Assembly (NCBI GenBank): GCA_964016885.1 | Contig: OZ024741.1 | Location: forward strand, 62,001-126,000 | Reading direction: 5' to 3' | DNA length: 64,000 bases | From: Eledone cirrhosa | Taxonomy: Eukaryota | Shown here: positions 51,401-64,000 of the stretch, in pieces | How the letters are laid out: every line of letters begins with the position of its first letter | How positions within the stretch are numbered: the first letter of the stretch is position 1 | Notes under the pieces: generated by a model | Told to the model about the DNA's origin: nothing | The model's input: the letters and a program-made list of their open reading frames with translations, nothing else | The model's database searches: none | Translations under genes and position numbers: made by a program

Positions 51401-52899
51401 AACACCAACACCAACAATAACACCAACAACAACAATAACATCAACAACAACAATAACACCCACACCAACAATAACACCAACAATAACACCAACACCAACA
51501 AAAACACCAACACCAACAATAATACCAACACCAACAATAACACCAACACCAACAATAACACCAACAACAATAACATCAACAACAACAATAACATCAACAA
51601 CAACAATAACATCAACAACAACAATAACACCAACAATAACACCAACAACAACAATAACACCAACACCAACAATAACACCAACACCAACAATAACACCAAC
51701 AACAACAATAACACCAACAACAACAATAACACCAACAACAACAATAACACCAACACCAACAATAACACCAACACCAACAATAACACCAACAACAACAATA
51801 ACACCAACACCAACAATAACACCAACACCAACAATAACACCAACAACAACAATAACAACAACAACAACAATAACATCAACAACAACACCAACACCTCCAA
51901 TAACATCAACAACAACAATAACACCAAAACCAACAATAACACCAACAACAACAATAACACCAACAACAACAATAACACCAACAATAACACCAACAACAAC
52001 AATAACATCAACAACAACAATAACACCAACACCAACAATAACACCAACAACAGCAATAACATCAACAACAACAATAACACCAACACCAACAATAACATCA
52101 ACAACAACAATAACACCAACAACAACAATAAAACCAACACCAACAATAACACCAACACCAACAATAACACCAACACCAACAATAACACCAACAACAACAA
52201 TAACACCAACAACAACAATAACACCAACACCAACAATAACACCAACACCAACAATAACACCAACAACAACAATAACACCAACAACAACAATAACACCAAC
52301 AACAACAATAACATTAACGACAACAATAACATCAACAATAACACCAACAATAACACCAACAACAACAATAACACCAACACCAACAATAACACCAACACCA
52401 ACAATAACACCAACAACAACAATAACACCAACAACAACAATAACATCAACAACAACAATAACATCAACAACAACAATAACATCAACAACAACACCAACAC
52501 CAACAATAACACCAACAACAACAATAACACCAACACCAACAATAACACCAACAACAACAATAACACCAACAACAACAATAACACCAACACCAACAATAAC
52601 ACCAACAATAACACCAACAACAACAATAACACCAACACGAACAATAACACCAACACCAACAATAACACCAACAACAACAATAACACCAACAACAACAATA
52701 ACATCAACAACAACAATAACATCAACAACAACAATAACACCAACAACAACAATAACACCAACAACAACAATAACACCAACAATAACACCAACACCAACAA
52801 TAACACCAACAACAACAATAACACCAACAACAACAATAACATCAACAACAACAATAACACCAACAATAACACCAACACCAACAATAACACCAACAACAA

Positions 52900-55800
52900 C
52901 AATAACACCAACAACAACAATAACACCAACAACAACAATAACACCAACAACAACAATAACATCAACAACAACAATAACATCAACACCAACAATAACACCA
53001 ACACCAACAATAACACCAACAACCACAATAACATCAACACCAACAATAACACCAACACCAACAATAACACCAACAACAACAATAACACCAACAACAACAA
53101 TAACACCAACACCAACAATAACACCAACAATAACACCAACAACAACAATAACACCAACACCAACAATAACACCAACACCAACAATAACACCAACAATAAC
53201 ACCAACAACAACAATAACACCAACACCAACAATAACACCAACACCAACAATAACACCAACAATAACATCAACAACAACAATAACATCAACAACAACAATA
53301 ACATCAACACCAACAATAACACCAACACCAACAATAACACCAACACCAACAATAACACCAACAACAACAATAACACCAACAACAACAATAACACCAACAC
53401 CAACAATAACACCAACAATAACACCAACAACAACAATAACACCAACACCAACAATAACACCAACACCAACAATAACACCAACAATAACACCAACAACAAC
53501 AATAACACCAACACCAACAATAACACCAACACCAACAATAACATCAACAACAACAATAACATCAACACCAACAATAACACCAACACCAACAATAACACCA
53601 ACAACAACAATAACACCAACAACAACAATAACACCAACAACAACAATAACACCAACAACAACAATAACATCAACAACAACAATAACATCAACAACAACAA
53701 TAACACCAACAACAACAATAACACCAACACCAACAATAACACCAACAACAACAATAACACCAACAACAACAATAACATCAACAACAACAATAACATCAAC
53801 AACAACAATAGCACCAACAACAACAATAACACCAACAATAACACCAACAACAACAATAACACCAACACCAACAATAACAGCAACACCAACAATAACACCA
53901 ACAACAACAATAACATCAACACCAACAATAACACCAACACCAACAATAACACCAACACCAACAATAACAGCAACACCAACAATAACACCAACAACAACAA
54001 TAACATCAACACCAACACCTACAATAACACTATCACCTACAATAACACTATCACCAACAATAACACCAACAACAACAATAACACCAACAATAACACCAAC
54101 ACCAACAGTAACACCAACAATAACACCAACACCAACAACAACAATAACACCAACAACAACAATAACACCAACACCAACAACAACAATAACACCAACAACA
54201 ACAATAACACCAACACCAACAATAACACCAACAACAACAATAACATCAACAACAACAATAACACCAACACCAACAATAACACCAACAATAACACCAACAC
54301 CAACAATAACACCAACACCAACAATAACACCAACAACAATAACATCAACAACAACAATAACATCAACAACAACAATAACATCAACAACAACAATAACACC
54401 AACAATAACACCAACAACAACAATAACACCAACACCAACAATAACACCAACACCAACAATAACACCAACAACAACAATAACACCAACAACAACAATAACA
54501 CCAACACCAACAATAACACCAACACCAACAATAACACCAACAACAACAATAACAACAACAACAACAATAACATCAACAACAACACCAACACCTCCAATAA
54601 CATCAACAAGAACAATAACACCAAAACCAACAATAACACCAACAACAACAATAACACCAACAACAACAATAACATCAACAACAACAATAACATTAACGAC
54701 AACAATAACATCAACAATAACACCAACAATAACACCAACAACAACAATAACACCAACACCAACAATAACACCAACACCAACAATAACACCAACAACAACA
54801 ATAACACCAACAACAACAATAACATCAACAACAACAATAACATCAACAACAACAATAACATCAACAACAACACCAACACCAACAATAACACCAACAACAA
54901 CAATAACACCAACACCAACAATAACACCAACACCAACAATAACACCAACAACAACAATAACACCAACACCAACAATAACACCAACAACAACAATAACATC
55001 AACACCAACAATAACACCAACAACAACACCAACACCAACAATAACACCAACAACAACAATAACACCAACACCAACAATAACACCAACACCAACAATAACA
55101 TCAACAACAACAATAACATCAACAACAACACCAACACCCACAATAACACCAACACCAACAATAACACCAACAACAACAATAACACCAACACCAACAATAA
55201 CACCAACAACAACAATAACATCAACACCAACAATAACACCAACAACAACAATAACACCAACAATAACACCAACAATAACACCAACACCAACAATAACACC
55301 AACACCAACAATAACACCAACAATAACACCAACACCAACAATAACACCAACACCAACAATAACACCAACAACAACAATAACACCAACAACAACAATAACA
55401 CCAACACCAACAATAACACCAACACCAACAATAACACCAACAATAACACCAACAACAACAATAACATCAACAACAACAATAACAGCAACACCAACAATAA
55501 CACCAACAACAACAATAACACCAACACCAACAATAACACCAACACCAACAATAACACCAACAATAACACCAACAACAACAATAACATCAACAACAACAAT
55601 AACAGCAACACCAACAATAACACCAACAACAACAATAACATCAACACCAACAATAACACCAACACCAACAATAACACCAACAATAAAACCAACACCAACA
55701 ATAACACCAACAACAACAATAACACCAACAACAACAATAACACCAACAACAACAAAAAACACCAACAACAACAATAACACCAACACCAACAATAACACCA

Positions 55801-58800
55801 ACAACAACAATAACACCAACGCCAACAATAACACCAACAACAACAATAACACCAACACCAACAATAACACCAACACCAACAATAACACCAACAACAACAA
55901 TAACACCAACAACAACAATAACATCGACAACAACAATAACATCAATAACAACAATAACAACAACAATAACACCAACACCAACAATAACACCAACACCAAC
56001 AATAACAGCAAAAACAACAATAACACCAACAACAACAATAACATCAATAACAACAATAACAACAACAATAACATCAACAACAACAATAACACCAACACCA
56101 ACAACAACACCAACAATAACACCAACAACAACAATAACATCAACAACAACAATAACATCAACAACAACAATAACATCAACAACAACAATAACATCAATAA
56201 CAACACCAACACCAACAATAACACCAACAACAACAATAACACCAACACCAACAATAACACCAACAACAACAATAACACCAACAACAACAATAACACCAAC
56301 AACAACAATAACATCAACACCAACAATAACACCAACACCTACAATAACACCAACAACAACAATAACATCAACAACAACAATAACATCAACAACAACAATA
56401 ACATCAACAACAACAATAACACCAACAACAACAATAACACCAACAACAACAATAACACCAACAATAACACCAACACCAACAATAACACCAACAACAACAA
56501 TAACACCAACAACAACAATAACATCAACAACAACAATAACACCAACAATAACACCAACACCAACAATAACACCAACAACAACAATAACACCAACAACAAC
56601 AATAACACCAACAACAACAATAACATCAACAACAACAATAACATCAACAACAACAATAACATCAACACCAACAATAACACCAACACCAACAATAACACCA
56701 ACAACAACAATAACATCAACACCAACAATAACACCAACACCAACAATAACACCAACAACAACAATAACACCAACAACAACAATAACACCAACACCAACAA
56801 TAACACCAACAATAACGCCAACAACAACAATAACACCAACACCAACAATAACACCAACACCAACAATAACACCAACAATAACACCAACAACAACAATAAC
56901 ACCAACACCAACAATAACACCAACACCAACAATAACATCAACAATAACATCAACAACAACAATAACATCAACAACAACAATAACATCAACACCAACAATA
57001 ACACCAACACCAACAATAACACCAACACCAACAATAACACCAACAACAACAATAACACCAACAACAACAATAACACCAACACCAACAATAACACCAACAA
57101 TAACACCAACAACAACAATAACACCAACACCAACAATAACACCAACACCAACAATAACACCAACAATAACACCAACAACAACAATAACACCAACACCAAC
57201 AATAACACCAACAACAACAATAACACCAACAACAACAATAACATCAACAACAACAATAACATCAACAACAACAATAACATCAACAACAACAATAACACCA
57301 ACAACAACATTAACACCAACACCAACAATAACACCAACAACAACAATAACACCAACAACAACAATAACATCAACAACAACAATAACATCAACAACAACAA
57401 TAACACCAACACCAACAATAACACCAACACCAACAATAACACCAACAACAACAATAACACCAACAACAACAATAACACCAACAACAACAATAACATCAAC
57501 AACAACAATAACATCAACACCAACAATAACACCAACACCAACAATAACACCAACAACCACAATAACATCAACACCATCAATAACACCAACACCAACAATA
57601 ACACCAACAACAACAATAACACCAACAACAACAATAACACCAACACCAACAATAACACCAACAATAACACCAACAACAACAATAACACCAACACCAACAA
57701 TAACACCAACACCAACAATAACACCAACAATAACACCAACAACAACAATAACACCAACACCAACAATAACACCAACACCAACAATAACACCAACAATAAC
57801 ATCAACAACAACAATAACATCAACAACAACAATAACATCAACACCAACAATAACACCAACACCAACAATAACACCAACACCAACAATAACACCAACAACA
57901 ACAATAACACCAACAACAACAATAACACCAACACCAACAATAACACCAACAATAACACCAACAACAACAATAACACCAACACCAACAATAACACCAACAC
58001 CAACAATAACACCAACAATAACACCAACAACAACAATAACACCAACACCAACAATAACACCAACACCAACAATAACACCAACAATAACATCAACAACAAC
58101 AATAACATCAACAACAACAATAACATCAACAACAACAATAACATCAACACCAACAATAACACCAACACCAACAATAACACCAACAACAACAATAACACCA
58201 ACAACAACAATAACACCAACAACAACAATAACACCAACAACAACAATAACATCAACAACAACAATAACATCAACAACAACAATAACACCAACAACAACAA
58301 TAACACCAACACCAACAATAACACCAACAACAACAATAACACCAACAACAACAATAACATCAACAACAACAATAACATCAACAACAACAATAACACCAAC
58401 AACAACAATAACACCAACAACAACAATAACACCAACACCAACAATAACAGCAAAAACAACAATAACACCAACAACAACAATAACATCAATAACAACAATA
58501 ACAACAACAATAACATCAACAACAACAATAACACCAACACCAACAACAACACCAACAATAACACCAACAACAACAATAACATCAACAACAACAATAACAT
58601 CAACAACAACAATAACATCAACAACAACAATAACATCAATAACAACACCAACACCAACAATAACACCAACAACAACAATAACACCAACACCAACAATAAC
58701 ACCAACAACAACAATAACACCAACAACAACAATAACACCAACAACAACAATAACATCAACACCAACAATAACACCAACACCTACAATAACACCAACAACA

Positions 58801-61800
58801 ACAATAACATCAACAACAACAATAACATCAACAACAACAATAACATCAACAACAACAATAACACCAACAACAACAATAACACCAACAACAACAATAACAC
58901 CAACAATAACACCAACACCAACAATAACACCAACAACAACAATAACACCAACAACAACAATAACATCAACAACAACAATAACACCAACAATAACACCAAC
59001 ACCAACAATAACACCAACAACAACAATAACACCAACAACAACAATAACACCAACAACAACAATAACATCAACAACAACAATAACATCAACAACAACAATA
59101 ACACCAACAACAACAATAACACCAACACCAACAATAACACCAACAATAACGCCAACAACAACAATAACACCAACACCAACAATAACACCAACACCAACAA
59201 TAACACCAACAATAACACCAACAACAACAATAACACCAACACCAACAATAACACCAACACCAACAATAACATCAACAATAACATCAACAACAACAATAAC
59301 ATCAACAACAACAATAACATCAACACCAACAATAACACCAACACCAACAATAACACCAACACCAACAATAACACCAACAACAACAATAACACCAACAACA
59401 ACAATAACACCAACACCAACAATAACACCAACAATAACACCAACAACAACAATAACACCAACACCAACAATAACACCAACACCAACAATAACACCAACAA
59501 TAACACCAACAACAACAATAACACCAACACCAACAATAACACCAACAACAACAATAACACCAACAACAACAATAACATCAACAACAACAATAACATCAAC
59601 AACAACAATAACATCAACAACAACAATAACACCAACAACAACATTAACACCAACACCAACAATAACACCAACAACAACAATAACACCAACAACAACAATA
59701 ACATCAACAACAACAATAACATCAACAACAACAATAACACCAACACCAACAATAACACCAACACCAACAATAACACCAACAACAACAATAACACCAACAA
59801 CAACAATAACACCAACAACAACAATAACACCAACAACAACAATAACATCAACAACAACAATAACATCAACACCAACAATAACACCAACACCAACAATAAC
59901 ACCAACAACCACAATAACATCAACACCAACAATAACACCAACACCAACAATAACACCAACAACAACAATAACACCAACAACAACAATAACACCAACACCA
60001 ACAATAACACCAACAATAACACCAACAACAACAATAACACCAACACCAACAATAACACCAACACCAACAATAACACCAACAATAACACCAACAACAACAA
60101 TAACACCAACACCAACAATAACACCAACACCAACAATAACACCAACAATAACATCAACAACAACAATAACATCAACAACAACAATAACATCAACACCAAC
60201 AATAACACCAACACCAACAATAACACCAACACCAACAATAACACCAACAACAACAATAACACCAACAACAACAATAACACCAACACCAACAATAACACCA
60301 ACAATAACACCAACAACAACAATAACACCAACACCAACAATAACACCAACACCAACAATAACACCAACAATAACACCAACAACAACAATAACACCAACAC
60401 CAACAATAACACCAACACCAACAATAACACCAACAATAACATCAACAACAACAATAACATCAACAACAACAATAACATCAACAACAACAATAACATCAAC
60501 ACCAACAATAACACCAACACCAACAATAACACCAACAACAACAATAACACCAACAACAACAATAACACCAACAACAACAATAACACCAACAACAACAATA
60601 ACATCAACAACAACAATAACATCAACAACAACAATAACACCAACAACAACAATAACACCAACACCAACAATAACACCAACAACAACAATAACACCAACAA
60701 CAACAATAACATCAACAACAACAATAACATCAACAACAACAATAACACCAACAACAACAATAACACCAACAACAACAATAACACCAACAACAACAATAAC
60801 ATCAACAACAACAATAACACCAACAACAACAATAGCACCAACAACAACAATAACACCAACAATAACACCAACAACAACAATAACACCAACACCAACAATA
60901 ACAGCAACACCAACAATAACACCAACAACAACAATAACATCAACACCAACAATAATACCAACACCAACAATAACACCAACACCAACAATAACAGCAACAC
61001 CAACAATAACACCAACAACAACAATAACATCAACACCAACACCTACAATAACACTATCACCTACAATAACACTATCACCAACAATAACACCAACAACAAC
61101 AATAACACCAACAATAACACCAACACCAACAGTAACACCAACAATAACACCAACACCAACAACAACAATAACACCAACAACAACAATAACACCAACACCA
61201 ACAACAACAATAACACCAACAACAACAATAACACCAACACCAACAATAACACCAACAACAACAATAACATCAACAACAACAATAACACCAACACCAACAA
61301 TAACACCAACAATAACACCAACACCAACAATAACACCAACACCAACAATAACACCAACACCAACAATAACACCAACACCAACAATAACACCAACAACAAT
61401 AACATCAACAACAACAATAACATCAACAACAACAATAACATCAACAACAACAATAACACCAACAATAACACCAACAACAACAATAACACCAACACCAACA
61501 ATAACACCAACACCAACAATAACACCAACAACAACAATAACACCAACAACAACAATAACACCAACAACAACAATAACACCAACACCAACAATAACACCAA
61601 CACCAACAATAACACCAACAACAACAATAACAACAACAACAACAATAACATCAACAACAACACCAACACCTCCAATAACATCAACAAGAACAATAACACC
61701 AAAACCAACAATAACACCAACAACAACAATAACACCAACAACAACAATAACATCAACAACAACAATAACATTAACGACAACAATAACATCAACAATAACA

Positions 61801-64000
61801 CCAACAATAACACCAACAACAACAATAACACCAACACCAACAATAACACCAACACCAACAATAACACCAACAACAACAATAACACCAACAACAACAATAA
61901 CATCAACAACAACAATAACATCAACAACAACAATAACATCAACAACAACACCAACACCAACAATAACACCAACAACAACAATAACACCAACACCAACAAT
62001 AACACCAACACCAACAATAACACCAACAACAACAATAACACCAACACCAACAATAACACCAACAACAACAATAACATCAACACCAACAATAACACCAACA
62101 ACAACACCAACACCAACAATAACACCAACAACAACAATAACACCAACACCAACAATAACACCAACACCAACAATAACATCAACAACAACAATAACATCAA
62201 CAACAACACCAACACCCACAATAACACCAACACCAACAATAACACCAACAACAACAATAACACCAACACCAACAATAACACCAACAACAACAATAACATC
62301 AACACCAACAATAACACCAACAACAACAATAACACCAACAATAACACCAACAATAACACCAACACCAACAATAACACCAACACCAACAATAACACCAACA
62401 ATAACACCAACACCAACAATATCACCAACACCAACAATAACACCAACAACAACAATAACACCAACAACAACAATAACACCAACACCAACAATAACACCAA
62501 CACCAACAATAACACCAACAATAACACCAACAACAACAATAACATCAACAACAACAATAACAGCAACACCAACAATAACAACAACAACAACAATAACACC
62601 AACACCAACAATAACACCAACACCAACAATAACACCAACAATAACACCAACAACAACAATAACATCAACAACAACAATAACAGCAACACCAACAATAACA
62701 CCAACAACAACAATAACATCAACACCAACAATAACACCAACACCAACAATAACACCAACAATAAAACCAACACCAACAATAACACCAACAACAACAATAA
62801 CACCAACAACAACAATAACACCAACAACAACAAAAAACACCAACAACAACAATAACACCAACACCAACAATAACACCAACAACAACAATAACACCAACGC
62901 CAACAATAACACCAACAACAACAATAACACCAACACCAACAATAACACCAACACCAACAATAACACCAACAACAACAATAACACCAACAACAACAATAAC
63001 ATCGACAACAACAATAACATCAATAACAACAATAACAACAACAATAACACCAACACCAACAATAACACCAACACCAACAATAACAGCAAAAACAACAATA
63101 ACACCAACAACAACAATAACATCAATAACAACAATAACAACAACAATAACATCAACAACAACAATAACACCAACACCAACAACAACACCAACAATAACAC
63201 CAACAACAACAATAACATCAACAACAACAATAACATCAACAACAACAATAACATCAACAACAACAATAACATCAATAACAGCACCAACACCAACAATAAC
63301 ACCAACAACAACAATAACACCAACACCAACAATAACACCAACAACAACAATAACACCAACAACAACAATAACACCAACAACAACAATAACATCAACACCA
63401 ACAATAACACCAACACCTACAATAACACCAACAACAACAATAACATCAACAACAACAATAACATCAACAACAACAATAACATCAACAACAACAATAACAC
63501 CAACAACAACAATAACACCAACAACAACAATAACACCAACAATAACACCAACACCAACAATAACACCAACAACAACAATAACACCAACAACAACAATAAC
63601 ATCAACAACAACAATAACACCAACAATAACACCAACACCAACAATAACACCAACAACAACAATAACACCAACAACAACAATAACACCAACAACAACAATA
63701 ACATCAACAACAACAATAACATCAACAACAACAATAACATCAACACCAACAATAACACCAACACCAACAATAACACCAACAACAACAATAACATCAACAC
63801 CAACAATAACACCAACACCAACAATAACACCAACAACAACAATAACACCAACAACAACAATAACACCAACACCAACAATAACACCAACAATAACGCCAAC
63901 AACAACAATAACACCAACACCAACAATAACACCAACACCAACAATAACACCAACAATAACACCAACAACAACAATAACACCAACACCAACAATAACACCA
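52900..64000. repeat. About 7.0-7.1-kb higher-order duplication running off the right edge, with an internal duplication of about 2.4 kb
   Basis: CCTACAATAACACTATCACCTACAATAACACTATCACC at 54018/61042; A6 run 55754/62832 and TCGACA 55924/63002 (offset 7078). Internal: CCT 56338/58780 (offset 2442); GCAAAAACA at about 56008/58450/63086. Left boundary approximate. Confidence 0.87.

Larger units (their letters stand above)
1..64000. repeat. Giant tandem array (satellite/minisatellite) of an 18-bp monomer ATAACA(C/T/G)CAACA(A/C)CAACA with 12/15/24/30-bp variants; extends beyond both window edges
   Basis: Seen directly: every line consists of the triplets ACA, ATA, CCA, TCA and GCA with ATA recurring mostly every 18 bp. 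There is no non-repeat interval and no change of orientation. The commonest monomer is 11 A, 6 C, 1 T, 0 G. Confidence 0.99.

Noticed and set aside
5890-62770. Scattered AATAAA hexamers as polyadenylation signals
   Set aside because: They are single C-to-A variants of the monomer's AATAAC propagated by duplication, with no downstream GU/U-rich element on this strand.
1119-63998. Minus-strand poly-Leu/Val, Val/Ile/Gly and Cys/Trp/Tyr ORFs as membrane or metal-binding proteins
   Set aside because: They are antisense shadows of the repeat (TTG/TTA/GTG, GTT/ATT/GGT, TGT/TGG/TAT). Their ends are set by rare CCT/ATT/ATC variants, and thousands of uninterrupted hydrophobic residues are implausible.
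1-64000. CRISPR array or repeat-spacer system
   Set aside because: There are no unique spacers between repeats, no leader and no cas-like ORFs. All variation is point change or reshuffling of the same monomer.
1-64000. G-quadruplex, i-motif or canonical telomere repeat on the G/T-rich strand
   Set aside because: G runs are almost all only GG (GGG at a few variant sites), and no telomerase-type motif is present.
1-64000. Length variants being multiples of 3, and absence of in-frame stops, as proof of coding
   Set aside because: Both are expected for any triplet-based repeat. The Asn register is equally stop-free, so the observation does not discriminate.

Overview
The whole 64-kb window is one uninterrupted, strongly strand-asymmetric tandem array (+ strand almost all A/C, a little T, very rare G). 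I see no unique sequence and neither array boundary. The monomer is an 18-bp unit, ATAACACCAACAACAACA, built from (NNA-ACA) hexamers. Common variants are ATAACACCAACACCAACA, ATAACATCAACAACAACA, ATAACAGCAACACCAACA and ATAACATCAACACCAACA, plus 12/15/24/30-bp length variants; roughly 3,500 copies by length estimate. One + strand register reads as a mucin-like Thr/Pro/Ile/Ser polymer ([24 protein letters not shown]), one as poly-Asn/Thr, and one has TAA in every unit. The huge ORFs in the track follow from the repeat composition and are not independent evidence of genes. Rare variants used as markers show nested higher-order duplications (about 0.12-0.25, 1.83, 1.86, 2.05, 2.18, 2.4, 6.8, 7.0 and 9.05 kb), layered sub-families and ten 1-bp register shifts. 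Six shifts form three pairs shared between duplicated blocks, so they are probably real, and two of these would terminate the mucin-like frame. Best reading: a complex satellite/minisatellite with higher-order structure, probably eukaryotic. A giant or decayed mucin PTS exon is a less likely alternative. I found no RNA gene, mobile element, CRISPR array or multi-gene system, and I cannot support a claim of a novel biological system from this window alone.
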